Shown: piece after piece, positions 54,695 to 64,000 of the stretch
Numbering within the stretch: position 1 is the first letter of the stretch
How the letters are laid out: each line of letters opens with the position of its first letter
Origin: Acidimicrobiia bacterium
GTDB taxonomy: Bacteria; Actinomycetota; Acidimicrobiia; IMCC26256; PALSA-610
DNA: 64,000 bases
Assembly: GCA_038320885.1 (NCBI GenBank)
Contig: JBBQER010000001.1
Span: 65,931 to 129,930, forward strand
Direction of reading: 5' to 3'
The notes under the pieces: model-generated
Databases searched by the model: none
The model's input: the letters and a program-made list of their open reading frames with translations, nothing else
Told to the model about the DNA's origin: nothing
Made by a program: the position numbers and the translations under genes

Positions 54695-55465
54695 GTGACC
54701 GGCGAAAACTTCCCGCGCGAGCAGGCGCTCGTGTTCGGCGAGGTTGCCGACCAGTACGAAGCGACCCGGCCGTCGTATCCCGATGGAGTATTCGACACGA
54801 TCATCGAGTACGGCGGCCTGAGCTCGGGCGACGCCGTCCTCGAGATCGGCGCGGGAACCGGCAAGGCGACCGGCGGCTTCGTCGCGCGCGGTCTCGCGCT
54901 GCACGCGCTGGAACCGAGCCGGGAGATGGCGCGCGTGTTGCGCGCCAAGGGTGTCACGGTCGAGGAGGCGTCGTTCGAGGAATGGCCCGTCCGGCGCGGC
55001 GCATTCCGGTTGGTGTTCGCCGCGCAGTCATGGCACTGGGTGCACGGAGCCGATCGTTACGAGAAGGCCGCCGAGGCGTTGGCGCCGGGCGGCACGATCG
55101 CGCTGTTCTGGAACGCCGGACGCGCGCACCCGGAGCCGTTCAAGACCGACAACGACGCCGTGTATCAGCGGCTCGCGCCCGAGCTCAGCGACTCGGTCGG
55201 CGAGCGGTGGCAGCCGGAGGTCCTCGTCGGCGACTCCGACGCATGTGGCGCCTTCGAGCCCATGGTCGAACGCAAGGTCGCGTGGCGGACGTCGTACACG
55301 AGCGGGGAGTGGATCCGCCTGCTCGAGACGCACTCCGGCCACCGAATGCTTCCGGTCGACGCGCGCGCGCGACTGCACGGCGAGATCGGCGCAACGATCG
55401 ACGCGCACGGCGGCTTGCTGCCCGTCGTCTACGACACGCTCGTCTATCTCGCGAGTCGCCGGTAG
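54695..55465 (+). CDS. Class I SAM-dependent methyltransferase
   Basis: GTG start. Motif I VLEIGAGTGKATGGF, 256 aa. Confidence 0.8.
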   Translation: MTGENFPREQALVFGEVADQYEATRPSYPDGVFDTIIEYGGLSSGDAVLEIGAGTGKATGGFVARGLALHALEPSREMARVLRAKGVTVEEASFEEWPVRRGAFRLVFAAQSWHWVHGADRYEKAAEALAPGGTIALFWNAGRAHPEPFKTDNDAVYQRLAPELSDSVGERWQPEVLVGDSDACGAFEPMVERKVAWRTSYTSGEWIRLLETHSGHRMLPVDARARLHGEIGATIDAHGGLLPVVYDTLVYLASRR

Positions 55466-55468
55466 CGC

Positions 55469-55900
55469 TCAGCGCATCCGCGCGCGACGGAGTGCCTCCG
55501 GCAGCTCCTGCCGACCGCGGTCGCGCAGCGCCGACACCGCGTCGGGCACCTCGCACTGCTGGGTCACGCCCGTGGGCGACACCCGCTCGTCGCCGCGCAG
55601 GATGAACCGGAACCCGTACTCGGTCTCGATCGACATCGACTCGGCCATCAGCTCTTCGACGTCGATCGTCACGCCGTCGTCACCGGGATACAGCGCGCGC
55701 AGGTACGCGGGCGCGTAGACGGCGACACCCGCAACCTCGCCCACCGGTTCGGCATCCGGACCCGGCCAGAAATCCTCATAGAGGAACGGCGCGGTTGATT
55801 CGCAACAACCGGTTCCGATCGTGAACACGAGCGCGCCCGGTCGGTCGCGACGCGACCGCTCGACGATCCGAGCGGCCGCGTCAGTACCGGTCACGCGCAT
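55469..55900 (-). CDS. DUF779-family protein (aldehyde dehydrogenase-associated)
   Basis: 143 aa. LVFTIGTGCCESTAPFLYEDF pattern. It lies immediately downstream of the aldehyde dehydrogenase, which is the usual context for this family. Confidence 0.8.
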   Translation of the reverse strand: MRVTGTDAAARIVERSRRDRPGALVFTIGTGCCESTAPFLYEDFWPGPDAEPVGEVAGVAVYAPAYLRALYPGDDGVTIDVEELMAESMSIETEYGFRFILRGDERVSPTGVTQQCEVPDAVSALRDRGRQELPEALRRARMR

Positions 55901-55913
55901 GGCGCCTCAGTGA

Positions 55914-57422
55914 CTAGATGTTCCCGCTGAGGGCGGAGAAGTGGAGGTAGCCGCTGCGGTCGGTAGAGGTGTTCTGCCAGACGTGCTTCATCTGGCGGTA
56001 CTCGTTGTAGCCGTACTCGCCGAGCTCGCTACCCACCCCGGACTGCTTGTAGCCACCGAACGGCTGGCTCGGAGTGATCATGTGGTAGTCGTTCACCCAC
56101 ACGGTGCCGGTGCGCATGCTTGCGGCGACCTCGTGCGCGCGATCAAGGTTCTTGCTCCACACGCCGCCGCCGAGCCCGTAGATCGAGTCGTTCGCGATCT
56201 TGATCGCTTCGTCATCCGAGTCGAACGGGATCACGCACAACACCGGTCCGAAGATCTCCTCCTGTGCGATCTTCATCGAGTTGTCGGCTTCGAAGATCGT
56301 CGGCTGGAAGTAGGCGTTCGGGTCGAGACCGGCCGGCAGGTCGGTGAACTTGGATCCACCGCAGAGGAGCTTGGCTCCCTCGTCGAGACCGAGCTTCACG
56401 TAGCGCTCGGTGGTGTCGACCTGGCTCGGTGCGACCAGCGGACCCTGGTCGGTGTTCATGTCCATGTTGTCGCCGACCACGATCTTGCCCGCGCGCTCCA
56501 CGAGCATGCCGACGAACTCGTCGTAGATCTTGCGCGACACCAGCGCACGCGTTCCCGACTCGCACACCTGGCCGTTGTGGAAGAACGTGCCCCAGAGCAC
56601 CCCCGCGGCCGCGAGGTCGAGGTCGGCGTCGTCGAGCACGATGTTGGCCGACTTTCCGCCCAGTTCGAGCGTGACTTTCTTCACGGTGCCCGACGCGAGC
56701 TGCATGATGCGCCGGCCGACTTCGGTCGAACCGGTGAACGCGACCTTGTCGACGAGCGGGTGCTGTGCGAGCTCTTCGCCGGCGCTGCCGCCGGGACCGG
56801 TGACGAGGTTGACGACACCGGACGGGATGTCGGCCTCCTCGCACGCCTTCACCAGTTCGACCGCCGACAACGACGTGAAGCTCGCGGGCTTCAACACCGC
56901 GCAGTTACCGGCTGCGATCGCGGGAGCGATCTTCCAGCCGGCCATGAGCAGCGGGAAGTTCCAGGGCACGATGCCCGTGCACACGCCGTACGGCTCGCGG
57001 CGCACGATGCTCTTCGCGGGCGGGAACGGGCTCTCGCCGCGGTCGATGACGTCAGGCTCGTTCTCCGCACAACCCGCGAAGTACTCGAACGTGGACGCGC
57101 AGCCCGGTACGTCGGCGAACATCGCCTTCTTGATAGTGCCGCCGCCGTCACGCGCCTCGATCTCCGAAATCTCACCCGAACGGGCGGTGATCAGCTCAGC
57201 CACCTTGCGCAAGCGCTCGGCGCGCTCCTTGCCCGCCATCTTCGGCCAGGGGCCGTCGTCGAACGCCTTGCGGGCGGCCTCGATGGCCCGCGCCGCGTCT
57301 TCGCGCCCGGCCTTCGCGACATCGGCGATCTTCTCGCCCGTCGACGGTGCGAACGTCGGGAAGGTCTCCCCCGAGGCCGCGGCCGTCCACTCACCGTTGA
57401 TGAAAATCTTGGTCTCGGCCAC
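55914..57422 (-). CDS. NAD(P)-dependent aldehyde dehydrogenase
   Basis: 502 aa. VTLELGGKSANIV (catalytic Glu) and FFHNGQVCESGTR (catalytic Cys). Confidence 0.93.
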   Translation of the reverse strand: MAETKIFINGEWTAAASGETFPTFAPSTGEKIADVAKAGREDAARAIEAARKAFDDGPWPKMAGKERAERLRKVAELITARSGEISEIEARDGGGTIKKAMFADVPGCASTFEYFAGCAENEPDVIDRGESPFPPAKSIVRREPYGVCTGIVPWNFPLLMAGWKIAPAIAAGNCAVLKPASFTSLSAVELVKACEEADIPSGVVNLVTGPGGSAGEELAQHPLVDKVAFTGSTEVGRRIMQLASGTVKKVTLELGGKSANIVLDDADLDLAAAGVLWGTFFHNGQVCESGTRALVSRKIYDEFVGMLVERAGKIVVGDNMDMNTDQGPLVAPSQVDTTERYVKLGLDEGAKLLCGGSKFTDLPAGLDPNAYFQPTIFEADNSMKIAQEEIFGPVLCVIPFDSDDEAIKIANDSIYGLGGGVWSKNLDRAHEVAASMRTGTVWVNDYHMITPSQPFGGYKQSGVGSELGEYGYNEYRQMKHVWQNTSTDRSGYLHFSALSGNI

Positions 57423-57496
57423 AGCGGCCCCCCTTGTTGCGTGCGCGAAGAACTTTGCGCAGGCTACGCCCAGCCCCTTCAGTTATCCAGGCGCGT

Positions 57497-58327
57497 TCAG
57501 ACCTTGGACCACGCCGACTTGACCGTGGTGCCGGTGACCTTGCCTTCGGCTTTGAGCTTGAGGAGATGGGCGTGCACCTGGCGGCCGGCCATGTCGAGCA
57601 GACCCTCGGGGGTCTCGGTGTAGAGCGTGGCGACGACATCATTGATCTTCACCGGGCCCTTGCCCAACAGCCGCAGGATCTGGCGTTCGCGCGCCTTGCG
57701 GTGAGCCACGTACTCGTCGAGCACCGCCGCGGGATCTTCCATCACGTCACCGTGACCGGGGCAGATCTTGGCCAACCGCTTGATCTTGCGCAGCCGGTCG
57801 AGCGACGCGAGGTACTGCACCATGTCGCCGCCGCGTTGCGGGTTGACGACGGTGGTCGTGCCGTTCAGGACGTGATCGCCCGTGAACAGCGCGCGCTCCT
57901 CGTCGAGGAAGAAGCACAGGTGATTCGGCGCATGGCCCGGCGTGTGCAGCGCCTCGAGCCGGAACTCGGTGCCGTCGATCGTGTCGCCGTCGTCGAGCAC
58001 GAGGTCGAGATCGAGCTTCACCTCGTCGGCTTTGGGAATCTTCCCGAACGCACCGACGAGCGCGCCGGTCTTCTTGCGGATCCGATCCGCCGCGGGCCAG
58101 TGGTCGGGATGCGTGTGGGTGAGCAGGACCCAACGCACGCGGTCGCGCATGGCAGCGCCCACGATCGACTCGACGTGCTTCGCGACATCGGGACCGGGAT
58201 CGATCACCGCCACCTCGTCGATACCGACGAGGTACGTGTTGGTACCGGGCCCGGTCATGAGGCTGGGATTGTTCGCGACGACGCGCCGGATCAACGGCGA
58301 CAGCGCGCTGGGTACCTCGGGCGTCAT
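57497..58327 (-). CDS. MBL-fold metallo-hydrolase with a C-terminal winged-helix-like tail
   Basis: ATG at 58327. LLTHTHPDHW motif and HTPGHAPNH. Only the last 276 aa of track ORF 57497..58633 are credible. Confidence 0.85.
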   Translation of the reverse strand: MTPEVPSALSPLIRRVVANNPSLMTGPGTNTYLVGIDEVAVIDPGPDVAKHVESIVGAAMRDRVRWVLLTHTHPDHWPAADRIRKKTGALVGAFGKIPKADEVKLDLDLVLDDGDTIDGTEFRLEALHTPGHAPNHLCFFLDEERALFTGDHVLNGTTTVVNPQRGGDMVQYLASLDRLRKIKRLAKICPGHGDVMEDPAAVLDEYVAHRKARERQILRLLGKGPVKINDVVATLYTETPEGLLDMAGRQVHAHLLKLKAEGKVTGTTVKSAWSKV

Positions 58328-58335
58328 CGCCGGCA

Positions 58336-59217
58336 CTAGGAGCTCACCTTGCGGGCTGCTTCTCGCTCGGCTCGTGAGGGGATGTCGGGGAGCGGGTCCG
58401 TCCACGGCATCGTCGGGCGGCTTGCGTCTTGCGGGAGCGCGACGCGTTCGCCGGTGCCGTCGCTCACCACGACGGGTTGTCCGGTCGCGTCGCGACCTAT
58501 TGCGTCGAGATCGCGCAAGAGATCGTCTGAGTTGTCGTAGTGCGAGAGTGCGCGCAAGCTCATCTCGGTCGGGAAGATGAGATCGATGCGACCGTCGGCA
58601 TGCTGTGCGAGCGCGTCGGCCGGGCGCACCCAATCCGACGCCACGAGCTCGTTGTCGTCGTGCGTGCCTTCTTCACCGTGGGGTGCGGGCGCGACGAAGA
58701 ACCAGGTGTTGTAGCGGCGCGGCGCGCCGAGCGGCGTCAGCCAATGTGAGAAGACGCGCAGCTCCCGGGCGTCGAAGACGAGATCACGGCTCGCGAGCAG
58801 GTCACTGAACGCGAGCGAACCCGCGTTGAGCTGCCGGCGCGCGGTTGCGAGCGCGTCGTCGTGCTCCACCGGGCGTCCGGTCGCGGCGTCACGCGCCAGC
58901 AGGAGGCCGGCCTCCTCGAAGCACTCGCGCAGCGCCGCGACCCGGAAGGCGAGCCCCCCACGGGCGATCCCCTGGGCGGTGCTCGCCTCGGGATCGGCCA
59001 GGCCGACGACCCGAACGGCGAGCTCCGGGGCGCCGTCGCCGGGATCGACCGCTCCGCCGGGAAAGACGGTTGCGCCCGGCCCGAACACGGCCCGCCGGGT
59101 GCGCTCCAGCATCAACACATGCAGATCGGGCCGATCCGAAACGAGGATGACGGTTGCCGCGTCACGCGTTCTTGGAGCGACGAGCTCGGGATTCGGCTCG
59201 GCTCCGACGGCTTTCAT
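58336..59217 (-). CDS. NUDIX-family hydrolase
   Basis: Nudix box fragment FPGGAVDPGD...AALRECFEEAGLLL, 293 aa. Confidence 0.8.
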   Translation of the reverse strand: MKAVGAEPNPELVAPRTRDAATVILVSDRPDLHVLMLERTRRAVFGPGATVFPGGAVDPGDGAPELAVRVVGLADPEASTAQGIARGGLAFRVAALRECFEEAGLLLARDAATGRPVEHDDALATARRQLNAGSLAFSDLLASRDLVFDARELRVFSHWLTPLGAPRRYNTWFFVAPAPHGEEGTHDDNELVASDWVRPADALAQHADGRIDLIFPTEMSLRALSHYDNSDDLLRDLDAIGRDATGQPVVVSDGTGERVALPQDASRPTMPWTDPLPDIPSRAEREAARKVSS

Positions 59218-59279
59218 CCATACAGTCTACGTGGCGCCTCGCGTCCTCAGCCCCGGACGCTGACCTGCGGTTCGACGCG

Positions 59280-59543
59280 CTAGACGGCGTCTTCCGGTAT
59301 CAGGCTCCGCCGCTCGGCCTCGGTGAGGCCACCCCAGATGCCGTGGGGTTCCCGCACGCGAAGCGCGAAATCGAGGCAGTCCTCCCGAACACCACATTGT
59401 GTACAGATGTGCTTTGCGTGCAGCTCGCGCGCTTCGCGCTCGTCGCGACGTTCCGGTGTCGACGGTGGGAAGAACAACGCCGATTCGGGTCCGCGACATG
59501 CCGCGCGCAAATGCCACGTTTCATGAATAAGGCCGAGTGCCAC
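59280..59543 (-). CDS. WhiB-family Fe-S transcriptional regulator
   Basis: Four Cys (AAC...CTQC.....C) and the GIWGG turn. The preferred GTG at 59543 follows GGAG with a 5-nt spacer. The track ORF extends to GTG 59594. Confidence 0.85.
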   Translation of the reverse strand: MALGLIHETWHLRAACRGPESALFFPPSTPERRDEREARELHAKHICTQCGVREDCLDFALRVREPHGIWGGLTEAERRSLIPEDAV

Positions 59544-59663
59544 GCTTACTCCGTCCCAGAATTTCCCCTCAGCGCGCGGAAGGTATCTGCCCACATTCCT
59601 TATGACAAGAGAAAGTTTTGAGGGCGGGCGAGCATGCCGCGGCCGACCGCGCGCGCACTGTCG

Positions 59664-61028
59664 TCAGTGCTGGCCGGACCGCTTCCGGTAGTCGCGCGCG
59701 CCGCCCGCTTCGGGCTCCACTTCGAGAAGCACGCCCTCTACAGCTACGACGCGCACCGCGTCGCCGGCCGCAATCGGCGTGGCCCGATTCGTGCGCGCGC
59801 GCCAAAGGGCGTCTCTGACGCGAACCACCCCATCTGGGTCGACACCGACCTCGGCGAAACCCATCTCGCCGATCAACTCCTCCCGGCCGATGGTCGGCGT
59901 CGAGAACCGGCTCCGAACCATCGCGGTCATCCCGGAGAGCACGAAAAGCAGGGTGGAGCCGCAGACGAGCACCACGATCCACCAGGCGGGATCGAGCGCG
60001 GTCGCGCCGTTGTACAGCCAGAGCGAGCCCGCGATCAGCGCCGCGGCGCCGATGAACGTCCACGGTCCGAGCCCGCCGGCCTGCAGGTCGATGGCCAGGC
60101 CGAACATGCCGAGCACGAGCAGCCCGATCGCCCACGGCGCGACCGGCAGGTGGGAGAAGCCGAAGCAACCGCCGACGAGCGCGACCGCACCGACGGCGCC
60201 CGCGATCCCGACGCTCGCCGTATAGAACTCGAGCAGCATCAGCGCGAGCCCCGCGACGAACAGGAAGTACGCAACCCAGGGCGCACCGAGCGTGTGCGCG
60301 AGCTGCTGAGTGAGATCGAGCTTGCGGAACCGGACGTTCTGGTTCGCCTGGACCTTGCGATTCGCGCCGACGCCGACAACGGTCGAGGTGCGCATCCGCA
60401 CATCACCCTTCGCGGTCGAGAGCACCTTGCCGTTCAAGCCGGCGATGAACTGACCAACCGTCGGCTCGGTACCGTCGACGAGCTTGGCCGCGACCGCGTC
60501 CTTGCCCGACAGGCGGTGATCGAAAACCGCGTCGAGATCGGCCTCGGGCCGGCGCGCGGTAACCAGCGTTGCCGCACTGCGCTGCCCGGGCGCGTGTGGA
60601 TGACCGAAGTCGATCGGTGTGATGGGCCCGATGTGCGCGCCCGGTGCCACCGAGACGTACGAAGCCGAGAGCGCGAGTTCTGCGCTCGCGCCGCGGGCTT
60701 GCCCGCCCGACGGACCGACCCACACCGCGACCGGTACCGGCGACCGGACGATCGCTCGGACCAGCGAGTCGACGTTCACGTCGACCGCGCCCGACGCACT
60801 CAGCTGAAACGCGACCAGTGAGGCTCGGGCTCGCTCCGCGTCACGCAGCGACTTCGTGATCAGCGCTGCATTCGGCGGGTCGAGCAGACCGTTCACCTGG
60901 ACGATGACGATCCCACGCGTCCCGCCGTCGCGCGGTGCCGAGCCCGCTTCTCCGGTCCACGCAGCCAATGCCGCCAGCACCAACGCAGCGCCGGCGATGG
61001 CGCGGACTCGGACACGGGGGGATCGCAT
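59664..61028 (-). CDS. NfeD-family membrane-bound ClpP-class protease (long form)
   Basis: ATG at 61028. Signal/TM, ClpP-like domain (IVIVQVNGLLDP...), a central block of about 4 TM segments, and a C-terminal OB-fold NfeD domain (VVRVRDALWRARTN...GDAVRVVAVEGVLLEV). Confidence 0.85.
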   Translation of the reverse strand: MRSPRVRVRAIAGAALVLAALAAWTGEAGSAPRDGGTRGIVIVQVNGLLDPPNAALITKSLRDAERARASLVAFQLSASGAVDVNVDSLVRAIVRSPVPVAVWVGPSGGQARGASAELALSASYVSVAPGAHIGPITPIDFGHPHAPGQRSAATLVTARRPEADLDAVFDHRLSGKDAVAAKLVDGTEPTVGQFIAGLNGKVLSTAKGDVRMRTSTVVGVGANRKVQANQNVRFRKLDLTQQLAHTLGAPWVAYFLFVAGLALMLLEFYTASVGIAGAVGAVALVGGCFGFSHLPVAPWAIGLLVLGMFGLAIDLQAGGLGPWTFIGAAALIAGSLWLYNGATALDPAWWIVVLVCGSTLLFVLSGMTAMVRSRFSTPTIGREELIGEMGFAEVGVDPDGVVRVRDALWRARTNRATPIAAGDAVRVVAVEGVLLEVEPEAGGARDYRKRSGQH

Positions 61029-61050
61029 CGGCCTCTCGTAGCATGCGGGG

Positions 61051-61995
61051 ATGGAGGTTGCGCGCTTCTGCTCTGCCTCCCACGTCGTCATCGTCGCGGG
61101 CAAAGGCGGCGTCGGGAAGACGACCGTGACGGCCGGACTGGCAGTAGCCGCGGCGCGTGCGGGCTCGAGCGTGCTCATCGTAGAGGTCGAGGGCAAATCG
61201 GGCCTGGCAACGATGTTCGGTACCGAGGCCTTCTCCTACGACGAGCTCGATCTGGAACCCGGCATCCGCGCCCGCTTCCTCACGCCCGACGCGGCCCTCG
61301 TCGACTACCTCGAGTCGCACGGGATGCGCCGGATCTCCAAACGGCTGATCGCATCGGGCGCGCTCGAAGTCGTCGCGACCGCGGTTCCGGGAATGAAGGA
61401 CATTCTCGTTCTCGGCAAGGTGAAGTCCCTCGACGAGTCGCGGGCCGCGGATCTGCTCATCGTCGACGCGCCCGCGGCCGGCCACGCCGTCTCCTTCCTG
61501 CTCTCGCCCCGCGGCCTGCTCGACGCGGTGCGGGTCGGACCGATCAGCAAGCAGGCGTCCGACGTCGTCGCACTGCTGTCCGATCCGGCTCGCTGTCAGG
61601 TGATGCTCGTGACGTTGCCGGAGGAGACACCGGTCAGCGAGGCCATCGAGACCGCCTACGCGATCGAGGACCGCGCCGGCGTCGCGCTCGGTCCCGTCGT
61701 CGTGAACCAGTGCTTCGAACCTCTTCCGGTCGGTGTGTCGGCCTCGGTCGACGACGTACGCGCCGAAGCAGAGGCCGCGGGCCGCTTCGTCTCCGATCGT
61801 GAGGCGCACGACCTCGCCCGCGCCGTCGAGTTTCGCGCGACCCGTCACGACGTGCAGCGCGAGCAGATCGATCGCCTGCGCGCGCAGCTCCCGCTCCCGA
61901 CCATCGAGTTGCCGTTCCTCTTCACTCCCGACATCGGCCGCCCCCAAGTCGACGTGCTCGCCGACGCTCTCACCCGCGGGATCGAGCGGCTGTGA
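61051..61995 (+). CDS. ArsA/Get3-like ATPase, subunit 1
   Basis: P-loop VAGKGGVGKTT, 314 aa. GTGA overlap with the next gene. Confidence 0.88.
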   Translation: MEVARFCSASHVVIVAGKGGVGKTTVTAGLAVAAARAGSSVLIVEVEGKSGLATMFGTEAFSYDELDLEPGIRARFLTPDAALVDYLESHGMRRISKRLIASGALEVVATAVPGMKDILVLGKVKSLDESRAADLLIVDAPAAGHAVSFLLSPRGLLDAVRVGPISKQASDVVALLSDPARCQVMLVTLPEETPVSEAIETAYAIEDRAGVALGPVVVNQCFEPLPVGVSASVDDVRAEAEAAGRFVSDREAHDLARAVEFRATRHDVQREQIDRLRAQLPLPTIELPFLFTPDIGRPQVDVLADALTRGIERL

Positions 61996-63173
61996 CCGAC
62001 AGCGCAGTCGAGGAGCTCCTCGCCGAGAGTCGCGTCGTCATCTGCTGTGGCAGTGGTGGTGTCGGGAAGACGACGATCGCGGCCGTGCTCGCGCTCGAAG
62101 GCGCTCGCCGCGGCCGCAACACCTGCGTCGTCACGATCGACCCCGCCAAGCGTCTCGCCGACGCGCTCGGCCTCGAGGCACTCTCCGACACGCCGAGCGC
62201 GATCGACCGGGAACGTTGGGACGACAGCGGCACCGCGACGGCTGGCGGCAGCATCTCGGCCCTGATGCTCGACACCAAGTCGACGTTCGACAAGCTCGTC
62301 ACCGGGAACGCCGAAACCGACGATCAGGCGCAGCGGATCCTCGACAACCGCTTCTACCGCAACGTTTCCGGCGCGCTCGGCGGCACGCAGGAATACATGG
62401 CGATGGAGAAGCTGCACGAGCTCCACGAGCATGGCAACTTCGATCTCATCGTCGTCGACACTCCCCCGACCCGGCACGCGCTCGACTTCCTCGACGCGCC
62501 CCGTCGTCTCGTGCGCCTCCTCGACAATCGCATCTTCCGCATGCTGATGATGCCGACGCGCGCGTACCTCAAGGTCGCGAGCGTGGCAGTGCAGACCTTC
62601 TTGCGGACGGTCGCGAAGGTCGTCGGGTCCGAGGTCATCGACGACGTGGTCGCGTTCTTCCGCGCCTTCGAAGGGATGGAAGCCGGATTCCGCACGCGCG
62701 CGCTCGCGGTCGAGGAGCTGCTCGCCGCGCCCGATACCGCGTTCGTGCTCGTGACATCGCCGCGACGCGACGCGCTGGAAGAAGCGCAGTTCTTCGCCCA
62801 GCAGCTCGAGCAGGGCGGCCAGCAGATCGACGCGTTGATCGTGAACCGCGTGCACCCGATGTTCGGCGACGAAGCGCCGGCCGGTCTACGCGCCGCCGCC
62901 GCCGAGCTCCGCAAGGGAGACGACGAAGGCTCGCGAGATGAGCAGGCGGCCGAGCGCCTGGCCGAGCGCTACGAGAATCTCGCGGACTTCCGTGAGGTCG
63001 CGGAGATCGAGCGTGAGCATCTCCGAGGTGTGCACGAACGGGTCGGATCGGCGTCGATCACCTACGTGCCGTATCTCTCCCGCGACGTCTACGACTTCGC
63101 GGCGTTACACGAGATCGGCGGCCTCCTGTTCGACGATTCCGCAACCGCTGGATCTACTATCACCGAACGATGA
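61992..63173 (+). CDS. ArsA/Get3-like ATPase, subunit 2
   Basis: P-loop CCGSGGVGKTT, TIDPAKRLADALG and DTPPTRHALDFL motifs, 393 aa. Confidence 0.88.
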   Translation: MTDSAVEELLAESRVVICCGSGGVGKTTIAAVLALEGARRGRNTCVVTIDPAKRLADALGLEALSDTPSAIDRERWDDSGTATAGGSISALMLDTKSTFDKLVTGNAETDDQAQRILDNRFYRNVSGALGGTQEYMAMEKLHELHEHGNFDLIVVDTPPTRHALDFLDAPRRLVRLLDNRIFRMLMMPTRAYLKVASVAVQTFLRTVAKVVGSEVIDDVVAFFRAFEGMEAGFRTRALAVEELLAAPDTAFVLVTSPRRDALEEAQFFAQQLEQGGQQIDALIVNRVHPMFGDEAPAGLRAAAAELRKGDDEGSRDEQAAERLAERYENLADFREVAEIEREHLRGVHERVGSASITYVPYLSRDVYDFAALHEIGGLLFDDSATAGSTITER

Positions 63174-63583
63174 CGACGATCCTGGTTGCCGCCGAGGCGA
63201 AGTGGGTGCGCGACCAGGTGCGGTCGGCGTTCGTGAGCCCGGGTCAAGAGGTGGTCGAGGTGACGCGCGGCCAGGACGTGCGCGACAAGGTCGACGAGCT
63301 GGAACCCGATCTCGTCGTGCTCGACCTCCAGATCGGCAACATGGGCGGGGTCGCGGTCGCGATCGACCTGCGCCTCGAAGAGTCGGGTGGACGATTGCCG
63401 CACGCGCGCATCCTGCTCCTGCTCGACCGTCGCGACGATGCGTTCATCGCGCGCCGGGCCGATGTCGACCTGACGCTCGTGAAGCCGGTCGACGCCGGTG
63501 TGTTGCGCCGCGCGGCTGCCCCGTTGCTCGCGGCGGCGGCTGCTGAGTCTGCCGGAGACCACGACGAGCCGGCGACGAACTGA
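63170..63583 (+). CDS. Single-domain response-regulator receiver protein (atypical acidic pocket)
   Basis: ATGA overlap with ArsA-2. DLVVLDLQIGNMGG (phospho-acceptor Asp present) and LVKP (Lys present), but the N-terminal DD is replaced by AE (ILVAAEAKW). Confidence 0.75.
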   Translation: MTTILVAAEAKWVRDQVRSAFVSPGQEVVEVTRGQDVRDKVDELEPDLVVLDLQIGNMGGVAVAIDLRLEESGGRLPHARILLLLDRRDDAFIARRADVDLTLVKPVDAGVLRRAAAPLLAAAAAESAGDHDEPATN

Positions 63584-64000
63584 GTGGACGATCACGCACT
63601 CGCGGCCGACATCGCGCGCGAAGCCGGAGAGCTCCTCGTAGAGCTTCAGGCTCGCAAGGCGACCAAGGACGAAGGCGATCGTCTGAGCAACGACGTGATC
63701 CTCGCCCGGCTCGCGGCCGCGCGACCCGACGACGCGATTCTCTCCGAAGAGTCGAAGGACTCACCCGTTCGCCTCGAGCGTGAACGCGTCTGGATCGTCG
63801 ATCCCCTCGACGGCACCCGCGAGTGGGGCGAAGGCCGCTCGGACTGGGCAGTGCACGTCGCGCTCTCGTTCGACGGCATTCCCACGGTCGCGACGGTCGC
63901 GCTGCCGGGGCAGCATCAGCTGCTCTCGACCGCGGCGCCGCCGCCGGCCCCCGCGCCGGGCACGGGACCGATCCGCTTGTTGGTTTCGCGCACGCGCCCG
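63584..64000 (+). CDS. Inositol monophosphatase/CysQ-family phosphatase, partial (continues beyond the window)
   Basis: GTG at 63584. ILSEES and WIVDPLDGTREW metal-binding motifs. Confidence 0.8.
   Translation, partial: MDDHALAADIAREAGELLVELQARKATKDEGDRLSNDVILARLAAARPDDAILSEESKDSPVRLERERVWIVDPLDGTREWGEGRSDWAVHVALSFDGIPTVATVALPGQHQLLSTAAPPPAPAPGTGPIRLLVSRTRP

Noticed and set aside
55941-58339. Plus-strand ORFs 55941..57623 (560 aa), 56530..57522 and 57434..58339
   Set aside because: They are antisense to the aldehyde dehydrogenase and MBL genes, which carry catalytic motifs.

Overview
High-GC (about two-thirds to 70% G+C by eye) chromosomal segment of actinobacterial type. It is densely coding on both strands: about 65 protein genes or gene remnants, one tRNA-Thr(CGU), and no rRNA, CRISPR array, transposase or integrase. 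The backbone is housekeeping: holB-tmk-MFS-topA, H+-pyrophosphatase, a DtxR-family regulator, an APC permease with two TrkA genes, LCP, nadE, a group-1/2 sigma factor, a glnII/glnA/GlnR-like nitrogen cluster, ErpA/Mrp Fe-S genes, aldehyde dehydrogenase with DUF779, WhiB, NfeD, and a pair of ArsA/Get3-like ATPases. As far as I recall, gene order resembles the mycobacterial Rv3644c-Rv3681c and Rv2690c-Rv2694c neighbourhoods, including the actinobacterial 'helicase/secretion neighbourhood' (DExH helicase with a Zn-finger tail next to a Tad/Flp-type locus). The less ordinary items are: (1) a secreted 1448-aa protein of 14 near-identical two-cysteine FN3-like modules, next to a truncated, frameshifted PKD-domain remnant abutting the tRNA; (2) a MacB-type ABC exporter whose 824-aa adaptor carries a peptidoglycan-binding module and four Calx-beta-like repeats where the coiled-coil hairpin normally sits, plus a lipoprotein; (3) an ECF sigma factor translationally coupled to a membrane cupredoxin with a Met-to-Glu axial ligand change, followed by scramblase-like and MBL genes; (4) a coupled pair of ferritin-like (DUF455-type) proteins; (5) several apparent gene disruptions (tadB frameshift, possible tadC frameshift, an in-frame TAA in a PhnB/VOC-like gene); (6) two short hydrophobic ORFs below the ORF-track cutoff. 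All family assignments come from reading motifs by eye, with no database search. Many long ORFs in the track are antisense or off-frame artefacts of high GC content and were rejected.
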